Assembly (NCBI GenBank): GCA_965207885.1
Contig: OZ242311.1
Location: 4,768,001-4,832,000 of the forward strand
DNA from: Candidatus Latescibacterota bacterium
GTDB taxonomy: Bacteria > Latescibacterota > UBA2968
Direction: 5' to 3'
DNA length: 64,000 nt
Made by a program: the position numbers and the translations under genes. Below are positions 27,731-37,325 of the stretch, piece by piece. How positions within the stretch are numbered: position 1 is the stretch's first letter; every line of letters starts with the position of its first letter. Below the pieces are notes generated by a model. That model searched no databases and was not told where the DNA came from. It saw nothing but the letters and a program-made list of their open reading frames with translations.

Positions 27731-30217
27731 TTACATCCCCAGCATGTATGAGACTTTTATGAGAACGGCCCGGTTTCTTTCGCCCCATTCGCGCAGGGGA
27801 TCCCGGTCATCCAGGTTATGGTCGTAAGTGACGTCAAAGCCCTGATCATAGACAAAGTAAATATCGCTGCCGGGGCGGAAGCGGTAATTCAGCAATACGT
27901 TTACACTGGCCTGTTCTCGGTCATTATTCCACTGGGCGAATAATTTGACATAGAAGTCCGTGGAAAATGAATAGATCAAACGGTTGCTCAATACCTGAAT
28001 ATTGAAGTTGCCCTGGGGTAAGCGTAGCCAGTTGACTTCGTAGTCGGTTTCAAGCGAAAGTTTTCCAGAAGGCGTGAAGGTATTTTCGAGTGAAAGTTTA
28101 TATCGCTTACCCGTGTAATAGTTGCCGATTTCAATATCGAACTCGGGGCGGACTTTTCGCGAGCGACTCGGATAGGGGCCGGTTCTGAATTTTGTAAAAG
28201 TGTATTTGTCGCGTGGGATAATTATATCTGGCCGCTTTTTCGATGGCTTGAACGTGCGCTCGACCACGTCGTGTGTTCTCGCAAATTCTACCCGATACCA
28301 GTCTCCAGCGTTGAACCGCGTGTAAGTAGATACCTGCAAATCCCAGAATTTGACTTTGTTTATTGGGTCACTGGGATCTGTAATGAGCCGAAACCTCGGT
28401 CCTGTGGAAATATAGCGAATAAGATCCGTGTTGGCGGGTATTCGCGCTCTGAATTGTGCCTCGTATCGCCGGAGTCTCTTCAACCCTGCGCGGCGGTTGA
28501 CAAATCCGGCTTTGGGTAGAAAATGCTCTCCGATATCGACGTATTTCAGGGTGCTGGAATAAATACCGTCCGAATAGGTGCCCTGTAAAAATCCTGCGGC
28601 CCCTGTCGGCACATCTTCAGCAGAATCCCAGGTTTGTGCGTAAAATCCCTGAAAATTGAGGGCGTTGGATGGTGAGAAACTGAAATCAAGCCCGGCAGCG
28701 CGGTTGTACTGGTCCCAACCTGAGCCAGGAATAGGGGTTTGTTTGTTCACGACAATCGCACCGATATTTGACCGCGCCATCACGTCGTGTTTCAGGCGCA
28801 AGACCGAGAAATTGCTGCGTTGAACAAATGTATCGTCCTGAAGCGTTTTGGAATCCGTCAATACATTCAATGCGCCAATACTCGTCTTGCCGGCTTTGCC
28901 CGCCAGTTTGCTGCCCAATAGAATGGGTACGGGTTCCCCCGATTCCAGGCCGATTCGGCGGCTGTAGAACAAAATCGTGGGCGGGCGGCTGTCCCCCCCG
29001 CGTCTCGTGGCGGCTTCGCCAAAATCAAAGAGGGTGGATCCCTCCAGGAAGAATTCGCGCTTTTCGGGGAAGAATTGCGAGAATTGCGTCAGGTTTACTT
29101 CCTCCTGATCTCCTTCAACCTGGGCAAAATCGGTATTATAAGACAGGTCCAGTATCATGTTGGGCGTGAGGCCATACCGCACATCTACACCGGATTCAAA
29201 AGAGGTCTGAGCAGATGGATCTTCTGCCTGCAAATCTTTCACCGCGCCGGGCAATACATAGGGTTTGATCTGGAATACACGACGGGTTTTTAAGGATTTT
29301 AGTCCCCTGAGTTCTGCGAGGTCTGTTGTGCGATAGCGCTGCAATGGTGACGTCGATCTTTGCCCCACCATCAATGCTGTCGCTTCGGTTTTGCGGGCAA
29401 TAAATCTCGCCAGGTTGATACCCCATACCGCATCTTCTTCGTCCTTAAATCGCAGTTGATCGAATGGAATCGCCACCTCAACCGACCACCCTTTGTCGTG
29501 CTGGTGTCCTTTGGCTTCCCAAATACAATCCCAATCATCGTTGTAGGTGCGGCCTTCCCGCGATAGGATCAGATCGCGCTTTGCGCCCAGGGAGTTGACG
29601 AAGAAGAATGCGCCGGTTTGACGGTCGTTATAAGTATCCAGAAGTATTTGCACATTGTCATCGCCCCACAATTGCGAATCGCGCCGCATGTTATTTGCCA
29701 CGATTTTGTGTGGCTCAGAATCAAAACATTCAAATCCGAAATAGATTTTTCTCTGGTCGTAAACAATACGGGCTGTTGTGCGTTCGGTGCTCGGCACCCA
29801 GTAACCCGGATCGCGCTGGACAAATCCCTCAATGGGTTTTGCATTTTGCCACGCAGGGTCGTCCAAATGCCCGTCCATTTTGGGACCTTCATCCACGCGG
29901 GTGGCATAAACAGCGCGCGGTGCATCGTCAGAAGTGTGCGTGGTAACAACGCGAATGCGATCCGCTACCTTTACGGGTGAGCCGTTTTCTTCGACCACGC
30001 GAGCTACGAGCACATCGTCGTCGAGTTTTTTGATGACCTGAAGCGTTGACCCATTGTCCATCTGCAATTGGCTTCCCAGGGATGCCGCCCCGTTGAGTCC
30101 AGATACATAAGCGAGATCGCCCGTGATTTCTTTGACAATACCGGCTGTGTCATCACTATTAGCCGACGGCGCGCAAATCGCTATACAGAAAAGCCCAAGC
30201 AAGCACGCTCTGATCAT
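27731..30217 (-). CDS. CBM9-like/DUF5916 outer-membrane protein
   Basis: 'DG.LD...W', 'WSVEVAIPF.QLRF', 'NTDFAQVE.D...VNL..F..FFPEKREFFLEG', YSRRIG. Confidence 0.82.
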   Translation of the reverse strand: MIRACLLGLFCIAICAPSANSDDTAGIVKEITGDLAYVSGLNGAASLGSQLQMDNGSTLQVIKKLDDDVLVARVVEENGSPVKVADRIRVVTTHTSDDAPRAVYATRVDEGPKMDGHLDDPAWQNAKPIEGFVQRDPGYWVPSTERTTARIVYDQRKIYFGFECFDSEPHKIVANNMRRDSQLWGDDNVQILLDTYNDRQTGAFFFVNSLGAKRDLILSREGRTYNDDWDCIWEAKGHQHDKGWSVEVAIPFDQLRFKDEEDAVWGINLARFIARKTEATALMVGQRSTSPLQRYRTTDLAELRGLKSLKTRRVFQIKPYVLPGAVKDLQAEDPSAQTSFESGVDVRYGLTPNMILDLSYNTDFAQVEGDQEEVNLTQFSQFFPEKREFFLEGSTLFDFGEAATRRGGDSRPPTILFYSRRIGLESGEPVPILLGSKLAGKAGKTSIGALNVLTDSKTLQDDTFVQRSNFSVLRLKHDVMARSNIGAIVVNKQTPIPGSGWDQYNRAAGLDFSFSPSNALNFQGFYAQTWDSAEDVPTGAAGFLQGTYSDGIYSSTLKYVDIGEHFLPKAGFVNRRAGLKRLRRYEAQFRARIPANTDLIRYISTGPRFRLITDPSDPINKVKFWDLQVSTYTRFNAGDWYRVEFARTHDVVERTFKPSKKRPDIIIPRDKYTFTKFRTGPYPSRSRKVRPEFDIEIGNYYTGKRYKLSLENTFTPSGKLSLETDYEVNWLRLPQGNFNIQVLSNRLIYSFSTDFYVKLFAQWNNDREQASVNVLLNYRFRPGSDIYFVYDQGFDVTYDHNLDDRDPLREWGERNRAVLIKVSYMLGM

Positions 30218-30300
30218 ATTTTTGCTCCTGGATAGTGTTGAGAGCCGGTGGTCGGTAGTTATTACTCAATGCTTCGCTAAGAGGATAGGAATAGAGGTAT

Positions 30301-30327
30301 ATAGGGGCGGTGCCCCCGTGCCCGTCC
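30301..30327 (+). repeat. Degenerate REP-like element
   Basis: ATAGGGGCGGTGCCCCCGTGCCCGTCC resembles the 23550 REP. Confidence 0.5.
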
Positions 30328-30347
30328 GTGTTGAAGCATCTGGCTCC

Positions 30348-30363
30348 AAGTAAGAACTTACTT
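30348..30363. promoter_or_regulatory. Palindromic operator candidate upstream of the DUF5916 gene
   Basis: AAGTAAG-AA-CTTACTT perfect inverted repeat beside an AT-rich promoter-like region. Confidence 0.4.
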
Positions 30364-30428
30364 ACTTATACATAATGTAATAAAAAATAAAAATTCCGCA
30401 TCTTTTTTTGTAGAGGCGTAAGGAGGAT

Positions 30429-31871
30429 TCAGTACATATTGTCTTTTGTCGTGATTGGACACCACCGGGCGTTAAATAAGGTGTGGAACAAAATGTCTCG
30501 TGCAGCAGGTGTGCCGATCCGCTGCAATACATAAGTAGCGTAAAAGCGGTTGTAGCGATTTTCGTCTTCGAGCATTTTTGCCAGTGCTACAACTGCAGTA
30601 TCGCCCGATTCCCCGAATTTTGCGAGGGTGAGGGCTGCGTTGCGGCGCACGCGATAGTCTTCATCGCCAAGTGTTTCTGTCAGGTTGGAGAGGAGCTCTG
30701 GGGAAGAATCTCCGATTGCGCCCAGGGCTTCGATTGCGTTGCGGCGCACCCACCAGTGATTGTCTTTTATCGCGGTTCTCAAAGCGGGTGCAGATGCAAC
30801 CGCGTTTGATCCCATACGTCCCAATATATTGGCAGCAACCGCTCGTATCCACCAGTGGTGGTCTGATAATGTCTCTGTGAGGGCGGGGACTGCGGGTTTT
30901 CCTATGGATGCGAGGGATAGAGCCGCGCATCCACTCGTGGGATTTGTTCCATGGGCATTGTCCGGTGTTTTTGCTTCTGTTTCCTCAATTGTCGCAAGTG
31001 TTTCTTCTCGCATGGCGGCGATGAGTTCAGGTACGGCTTCTGTGCCAAATTCAGCGAGTTTATACGCCGCGTCCAATCGTTCACATTCCGGTCCATTCTG
31101 TAAGTCTTGAATCAAGTTTTTCAGATTGCGCTGTCGCGTGTCGCGTTCTTTTTGCGTGTTTCCGCACATCCAGTTCCATACGTCCTGTGAAATAGCTGGA
31201 TGCCGATCTTCAATGCCCGGCGACCACGCGCGACTCTGGTGATCCCAGGTAGGTTTTTGCGGTTCTTGTGTGCGCGCAAATTGGAATTTCAGCATGTATC
31301 GTTTTTTGGTGCTTATATTCTCGGTTGCGCGGTGCCAGGAGTCGAAGTGGATTAGAGCTACGGTGCCCGCAGGCCCGCAAAATGCCCGCGCTTTTTCTTT
31401 TGTTTGTACGGGATCTACATCGCTGATGGTTTTGTATATTTGCATGCCGGGCAATACGCCCGAAGGTCCCATATCCTCAGTTGTGTCCTGTGGAAAATAA
31501 AAAGCGAGCACCCAGTAGAATCTCGGGTGCCGCAAATTGTGATCATAGACATAACAGTCTTTGTGCCATTGCTGTCCGTTTCGTCCCGGGGGATTCAGGT
31601 GACAATGTCGATGAGGGTTCAAGATGTATCCCGGTCCGAGTAAGCTGGTCAGTGCCCCTTTCACATTGGGGTGTTCAAACACCTGCCCGATCTGCGGTAT
31701 CCGGGGCAATATGTTATTGCCGGGGTTGCCCTCTTTTTCAAAGACGGCCTCGATCTGATCGTAGATATTTGCGTGGAATGAGGGCGGATAATCCGCGTGG
31801 ACTGTCATGCATCCATCCACGATAAATCGCTGGACCTCTTCATCATTCAATAACTGCATTGGATCAGCCAT
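30429..31871 (-). CDS. PhyH-family Fe(II)/2OG dioxygenase fused to HEAT repeats
   Basis: WHKD...WHRA facial triad; C-terminal 'VRRNA..ALG' repeats. Confidence 0.82.
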   Translation of the reverse strand: MADPMQLLNDEEVQRFIVDGCMTVHADYPPSFHANIYDQIEAVFEKEGNPGNNILPRIPQIGQVFEHPNVKGALTSLLGPGYILNPHRHCHLNPPGRNGQQWHKDCYVYDHNLRHPRFYWVLAFYFPQDTTEDMGPSGVLPGMQIYKTISDVDPVQTKEKARAFCGPAGTVALIHFDSWHRATENISTKKRYMLKFQFARTQEPQKPTWDHQSRAWSPGIEDRHPAISQDVWNWMCGNTQKERDTRQRNLKNLIQDLQNGPECERLDAAYKLAEFGTEAVPELIAAMREETLATIEETEAKTPDNAHGTNPTSGCAALSLASIGKPAVPALTETLSDHHWWIRAVAANILGRMGSNAVASAPALRTAIKDNHWWVRRNAIEALGAIGDSSPELLSNLTETLGDEDYRVRRNAALTLAKFGESGDTAVVALAKMLEDENRYNRFYATYVLQRIGTPAARDILFHTLFNARWCPITTKDNMY

Positions 31872-31880
31872 GGGGCCTCC

Positions 31881-32753
31881 TTAGCTAAAAATTTCCACAA
31901 ATTTCGCAACGCTCGCCCTGAATCCGTCTTCAAAAGTGCCGCCTTCGGGGCGATAGACGCTTTCGTAAGAGATTGCGCCCGCATATCCGTCGCGTTTGAG
32001 CGCGTTTGCAATGGGTTCCAGGTATGGCGCGACATCGCCTTCGCCCAGGGGATAGAATCCAACGGTGGCACGCGCAATATCGGCTTTTGCGTCTTTGATG
32101 TGAATATGGCCGATATAATCGCGAATTTCATTGTAGGCATCGGGGAAGGGGATATCCGTACAGTACATTGTGTTGGGAATATCCCATAGGAGTTTGAGGT
32201 GGGAGCTACCCAATTCGTCGATCAACTTTCGCGCCAGAAAGCCCGATGTTATCATGGCATTATTACCCGTTTCAACGACGAGTATCACGCCTTCTTCTTC
32301 GGCTATTTGGACGGGTACAGCCATCAGTTTCACCAGTTTGTCCCAAGCACCAGCAGTGACAATCCAATCTTCTGCGCCGTTGTACCCAAATAGGATCATT
32401 TCTTTTTTACAACCCATAATTCTGACGATATTTGTCCTGAGGGTTTTGGCAAGGGCAATGCACCGCCGCAATCCCGATACATGATCTTCAAATGTGGTAT
32501 CTCCTATTTCGGTCTGCAATACGGGCAAGCCGCCAAAGTTGTGCCGCGAGATGCACGAGACTTCCATGTCGTGCTGATCCAGTAGTGCCTTTATGCGCGC
32601 CACTTGCCCGGCGTCGTGATCTCCCACTTCTCGATCCCATACAAACTGGAGTTCTGGATATCTCAGGCCATATTCCGCCATGACATTCAATGCGTGTTCA
32701 AAATCTCTGCTGATTCCATCTGTAATTACACCGAGTTTCACTGTAAGCTCCAA
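31881..32753 (-). CDS. Sugar phosphate isomerase/epimerase TIM barrel
   Basis: ITDGISRDFE, VET, WD..N, HIHIKD, SYE; start uncertain. Confidence 0.82.
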   Translation of the reverse strand: MELTVKLGVITDGISRDFEHALNVMAEYGLRYPELQFVWDREVGDHDAGQVARIKALLDQHDMEVSCISRHNFGGLPVLQTEIGDTTFEDHVSGLRRCIALAKTLRTNIVRIMGCKKEMILFGYNGAEDWIVTAGAWDKLVKLMAVPVQIAEEEGVILVVETGNNAMITSGFLARKLIDELGSSHLKLLWDIPNTMYCTDIPFPDAYNEIRDYIGHIHIKDAKADIARATVGFYPLGEGDVAPYLEPIANALKRDGYAGAISYESVYRPEGGTFEDGFRASVAKFVEIFS

Positions 32754-32760
32754 TCTCGTC

Positions 32761-33645
32761 TTACCGTTTTTTCACTTCAATATCCAGCATGTTTTCAAAA
32801 ATTTTGATGATGGCCCAGTTCGCTTCTTCGGGGTTTACGCTGATGCCCGCTTGAAACCACTCTGCAGCCGATGAGAGCGTGAACAGGGGCACGCCACATT
32901 CTCGTCCCAGTGTTTTTGCGATTCCGAGGTCTTTATACATTGTGCCAATGCGGCTTTGGCCCGCGAAATTTCGTTCCATGATGTTTTGCGTTGTGTCCCG
33001 AAATAAAAAGCTGCCGACCACACTCGTGTTGATGACTTCGTAGAGGGTCTCGGCTTTTACGCCGGCTTTTACGCCCAGTGATAGGGTTTCGAAGATGCCC
33101 GCATAGGTTACACCTGTCAAGACGGCCAGACACGCTTTCACGGTTTGTCCGGCTCCGATTTCTTCGCCGACGTGGTAGATATTTTCTCCGACTGCTTTGA
33201 GGACTTCTCTGGCGTCCTCAAAAATATCTCGCTGTGCCGCTACCATCATTGTCAGTGTGCCAGCCGCTGCGCCGGGTGCGCCACCGCTTACCGGGGCGTC
33301 TATGACGCGAATGTCTCTCTCTTTTAAGAATTGCGCGATTTCGACCAATTCCGACCGCAATATGGTTGCGGTACAGATAAATGTCGATCCCGGTTTCATG
33401 CCGTCCAACAAGCCATTGTTTAAGATTGCTTTAATTTGATCGCCGTTCATGACCATGACGAACACGAAGTCTGTGCGTTCGCCTACTTCGCCTACATTTT
33501 TGGCTGCATAAGCTCCCCGCTCGACAAATGGTTCCAATTGTTCGGGGCGCAAATCATACACGACAAGCTCATGGCCGTTCTTCAAGATGTTCGCAGCCAT
33601 CCCACTGCCCATATCTCCGACACCGATTAGCCCAACACGCGCCAT
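32761..33645 (-). CDS. NAD(P)-dependent beta-hydroxyacid dehydrogenase family protein
   Basis: IGVGDMG, DAPVSGG, G.GQTVK, KDL. Confidence 0.88.
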   Translation of the reverse strand: MARVGLIGVGDMGSGMAANILKNGHELVVYDLRPEQLEPFVERGAYAAKNVGEVGERTDFVFVMVMNGDQIKAILNNGLLDGMKPGSTFICTATILRSELVEIAQFLKERDIRVIDAPVSGGAPGAAAGTLTMMVAAQRDIFEDAREVLKAVGENIYHVGEEIGAGQTVKACLAVLTGVTYAGIFETLSLGVKAGVKAETLYEVINTSVVGSFLFRDTTQNIMERNFAGQSRIGTMYKDLGIAKTLGRECGVPLFTLSSAAEWFQAGISVNPEEANWAIIKIFENMLDIEVKKR

Positions 33646-33735
33646 TTTTTTTCCTTTCGCATTTAAATTTAGTTTGCTAATTAACAATAAACTACGAAAC
33701 GCTATTGGTCAAACTTACACTACAGGAGGTTTACA

Positions 33736-34614
33736 ATGGACAATATATATCTGAGATGGTGGGGGTGTGGTGCTTTCGACATTCTCTCTGAGGATGTCAA
33801 TATCGCCATTGATCCGTATCTTTTCGGTGATAATCTAAAAGAGGCTGAACCTATTTACGATTATATTTTTATTAGCCACGAACATTTTGATCATTGTCAT
33901 CCCAAAACCCTGACGAAATTGTGTCGGGCAGATCGCTTCAAAAAACTCTTTGTCAATATCGGTTGTATGACGCCAAATGAACCTGTTGACGAAAATTATG
34001 GCGACGCGGCTTTTTCTCGGGATTTGCCCATCAGCAAGCATATACCCGAAGAAAAAATTCAGGTGCTCTTTCCCAAATATCGCACCGATGACATGCGCAT
34101 TTTTCCCGGTCCTTTTTCGTGCGACCTGGGCGCTGTACAGGTAGAAGCTGTTGAAAGTGGTGAAAATGCGCGGCCCGATTTACCCACCTGTGGTTATTTA
34201 ATCACATATATCGAGAAAGATATCTCGTTCCATCACACCGGGGATCTTCACGCGACCTACCCTGCGCTCGGCAACCTGAAGGGCCGTGTGGATTATCTCA
34301 TCCACATGAAAACAGGGCTGAAGAACTGGCCTGTTTTTTCAAGTCTTCTCGATCTCGTGCAGCCCCGATTTTTGATCCCAACCCATTATCGAACGGATCG
34401 CAAAACCGATCCTATTCCCGAAGGACATTGGCCTCCTGATGTTACGGATGTGAACGCTTTTATCGAGAGTATCCGCGAACACGCTGGTGACCGAACCCAA
34501 ATTTTGCCTTTCACTGCTGGCGTTCAGTACGAGATTGAATTGCCCGAAAAAAAAGTTGTGTGGGCGTGGGATTGGCACAATACATGGACTGTGCCCCCGT
34601 GGCGAGAGGGATAG
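33736..34614 (+). CDS. MBL-fold metallo-hydrolase
   Basis: IDPY, SHEHFDH, HTGD, IPTHY. Confidence 0.85.
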   Translation: MDNIYLRWWGCGAFDILSEDVNIAIDPYLFGDNLKEAEPIYDYIFISHEHFDHCHPKTLTKLCRADRFKKLFVNIGCMTPNEPVDENYGDAAFSRDLPISKHIPEEKIQVLFPKYRTDDMRIFPGPFSCDLGAVQVEAVESGENARPDLPTCGYLITYIEKDISFHHTGDLHATYPALGNLKGRVDYLIHMKTGLKNWPVFSSLLDLVQPRFLIPTHYRTDRKTDPIPEGHWPPDVTDVNAFIESIREHAGDRTQILPFTAGVQYEIELPEKKVVWAWDWHNTWTVPPWREG

Positions 34615-34624
34615 ATCCCTGTTT

Positions 34625-35389
34625 TTATTCAGGGTCTTTCAACTGATATGCAATCGCGTAAAATGCCATTGAGTTACCCGTGCGATTTGGCTCGCTCCGA
34701 TGCCAGGTGTAATTTGTGAAGAAGAGGCCGTCACCCGGTTTCATTTTGACCAGGACTTCATCGGAGTAATCGATCTGATCCAGGGGGATGCGGTGGCGCT
34801 TAAAGGGTTCATAGGTTTCTTCGCCATTCACACGGGATTTTCTGAACATCGGCGGGTCGTCGTAATAAGATTCGTGTGGCACGAGTTCCCAGCCGATATG
34901 GCTGCGCGGCATGACCGATAATGCGATGGCGTTTTTTCCCACTTCTTGCATCGGGATCCAGCAATTGCACCCCAATTCGGGATCGATTTTCCAGTACCAC
35001 GAGTCCTGGTGAAAATAACTGCATCCACCTTGCTCAGTGTCAATCCATCCGTGTTTAACCCCTATCTGATCTGTGAAGAGTTCCACATCGCCTCCCAAAA
35101 CTCCCGCCATCGCATTTGCCATATTGCAGTGTTCTGCGACTTTAGCAAATACTGCTTCTTCCAGGCCCGGACGTTGAATGCCCTTGGGCACTGGATCGCC
35201 TGATGTGGCGCAGTATATTTCGGGATTGAGGACTTGAAATCTGCCTTTTTGCCAATCTGGCGGATGATCTACTATTTCTCTTACTCGCGACCAGGCGTTT
35301 GCCATGAGTTCGGCGGGGATCAATCCCTCCACATGGCAGTATCCCTCTTCTCGATACTGTTGGATATGTTGTTCGGTGACTGTGCTCAT
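34625..35389 (-). CDS. PhyH-family dioxygenase
   Basis: Y.EEGY, HQD..YW, PGD..FF...WHRS..N. Confidence 0.85.
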   Translation of the reverse strand: MSTVTEQHIQQYREEGYCHVEGLIPAELMANAWSRVREIVDHPPDWQKGRFQVLNPEIYCATSGDPVPKGIQRPGLEEAVFAKVAEHCNMANAMAGVLGGDVELFTDQIGVKHGWIDTEQGGCSYFHQDSWYWKIDPELGCNCWIPMQEVGKNAIALSVMPRSHIGWELVPHESYYDDPPMFRKSRVNGEETYEPFKRHRIPLDQIDYSDEVLVKMKPGDGLFFTNYTWHRSEPNRTGNSMAFYAIAYQLKDPE

Positions 35390-35400
35390 TCTTTTCCCTT

Positions 35401-36201
35401 TCAGTCGCTTATCCAGTGTCGGAACAGGGGTTTTGCGTTTTCTGGCAATTCCTCGTAAACCTGGCGGGGTACAGGTTCCTGATCGTTGTCGGTCAAGCCG
35501 GTTTCATCCACCATCATTTTGCGCTCTTCAGACCCGGGCATCAATACGCGCGTGTTCAACCACCAGGGGGCATAGCGAACGACAACGGATACCCGGTCCT
35601 CTTGCGATTGATTGGGGGCGGTTGCGTGCCATATCCGACTGTCCAGCACGAGGACACTTCCCGCCGGACCCGTTGCATTCATCTCGGTTGAATAAGGTTC
35701 GAGCGGATCTACATCTATATTTCCGGTTGGATTATTCGACCATCGGTGGCTGCCCGGCACGATCAATGTGCCGCCATTCTCATGGGTAAAGGGAGATAAC
35801 ATCCACAGGGTTGTGATATGCATTACCGCATCTGGATAAGGTGCAAGCACATGCGCGGCGTTGATCTGATTGAACGGCCAGTCTGCATGCCATCTGCCCC
35901 GTGGGTTGTCCCGGCGGTTGATGGTCGCTGAGACATAAGACACTTTGACAAAGGAGCCAAAAAGAGCTTCGAGGATAGCCATCAGCCTTGCGTCTGCGAG
36001 ATAGGGCGCGAGGGATTGGTCATAGCGTATAAATCCCGGCACGTGTCCGATGCCCTCTTTTGCGGCCTTTGCTCTGCCGTGTATCCCGGTCGAATGCCAT
36101 ACGTGATCGCGTATGGCATCTATCTCATTTTTCGGGATTACGCCTTCTATTACGGTCCAGCCATCTCTGCGGATTCGGTTTAGATCGGTATTTAAACTCA
36201 T
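35401..36201 (-). CDS. PhyH-family dioxygenase
   Basis: WHAD, NGGT..VPGSH, AGSV..DSRIWH. Confidence 0.88.
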   Translation of the reverse strand: MSLNTDLNRIRRDGWTVIEGVIPKNEIDAIRDHVWHSTGIHGRAKAAKEGIGHVPGFIRYDQSLAPYLADARLMAILEALFGSFVKVSYVSATINRRDNPRGRWHADWPFNQINAAHVLAPYPDAVMHITTLWMLSPFTHENGGTLIVPGSHRWSNNPTGNIDVDPLEPYSTEMNATGPAGSVLVLDSRIWHATAPNQSQEDRVSVVVRYAPWWLNTRVLMPGSEERKMMVDETGLTDNDQEPVPRQVYEELPENAKPLFRHWISD

Positions 36202-36216
36202 AGCGCATCCATTTGG

Positions 36217-37308
36217 TTATATGTCAAATATGATGATCTGCCGGGCGACTTCACCTGCGATCAGAGCCTTAAACGCATCGTCAATATCATCTAAGGATAT
36301 ATTGTGTGAAATCATTTCGTCGATCTTGAGATTGCCCATGAGATACATATCCACATACCGCGGCATATCCACGCGAAAGCGATTGGACCCCATGCTCGAT
36401 CCCTGAATTTTGCGCTCGCGCAAAAAGTTGTGTCCTGTAAGTTCAATTTTAACGCCCTGGGGAATCATGCCAATTATCGTGGCGGTGCCGCCTTCTTCGA
36501 GCATATAAAAACACTGTTCCGCAGTCTGTTTTAAGCCGACGGCTTCAAAAGAGTACGCCACGCCTTTTCCGCCGGTCAGATCCATAATTTGCTCAACGGG
36601 GTCGCCATCATTGGCATTGACCAGGTCTGTCGCGCCCAATTCTCGGGCCAGTTGCAGTTTGGAAGAGACGGTATCTACTGCAATAATACGCCCTGCACCG
36701 CCTATTCGCGCACCCTGTACAGCACTCAGGCCAATGCCACCGCATCCGACAACGGCTACTGTGCTGCCAGCCTCTACTTTGGCGGTGTTGAGCGCAGCGC
36801 CAACGCCGGTTGTCACACCGCATCCGATCAGGGCTGCTTTGTCCAGTGGCATGTCTTCGCGGACTTTGCATACCGCATTTTCGTGTACCAATAGCTGTTC
36901 TGCATAAGAGGCGAGGTTTGCAAATTGGAAGAACGCTTGATTATCCTGGGATAGGCGCGGTTTATCTGTCTCTTTGCGCTGTGTCGATTCCCTATCTTCA
37001 CATAGATTTGGACGTCCGGTGGTGCAGTAGCGACAATGTCCGCAAAAAACCGATAGACAGGTGATTACGTGGTCGCCGGGTTTTACATAGGTCACGTCTG
37101 GCCCGACCGCCTCTATAATGCCCGCTGATTCGTGGCCGAGCACGGCAGGTAGCTCGCAGGTATAAAGTCCTTGCTGATAATGAACATCGCTGTGACAGAC
37201 TCCTGCGGCGGCGGTACGAATCAATACTTCGCGCCCGATTGGATCGGCAATTTCGACATCTTCTACACTTATTGGCTGATGTGCTTCGCGCAAAACAGCG
37301 GCTTTCAT
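36217..37308 (-). CDS. Zn-dependent alcohol dehydrogenase (class III-like)
   Basis: GVCHSD, GHE, CGHCRYC..G..NLC, GCGGIG. Confidence 0.92.
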   Translation of the reverse strand: MKAAVLREAHQPISVEDVEIADPIGREVLIRTAAAGVCHSDVHYQQGLYTCELPAVLGHESAGIIEAVGPDVTYVKPGDHVITCLSVFCGHCRYCTTGRPNLCEDRESTQRKETDKPRLSQDNQAFFQFANLASYAEQLLVHENAVCKVREDMPLDKAALIGCGVTTGVGAALNTAKVEAGSTVAVVGCGGIGLSAVQGARIGGAGRIIAVDTVSSKLQLARELGATDLVNANDGDPVEQIMDLTGGKGVAYSFEAVGLKQTAEQCFYMLEEGGTATIIGMIPQGVKIELTGHNFLRERKIQGSSMGSNRFRVDMPRYVDMYLMGNLKIDEMISHNISLDDIDDAFKALIAGEVARQIIIFDI

Positions 37309-37325
37309 TGTGGACCTCCTGTTGT

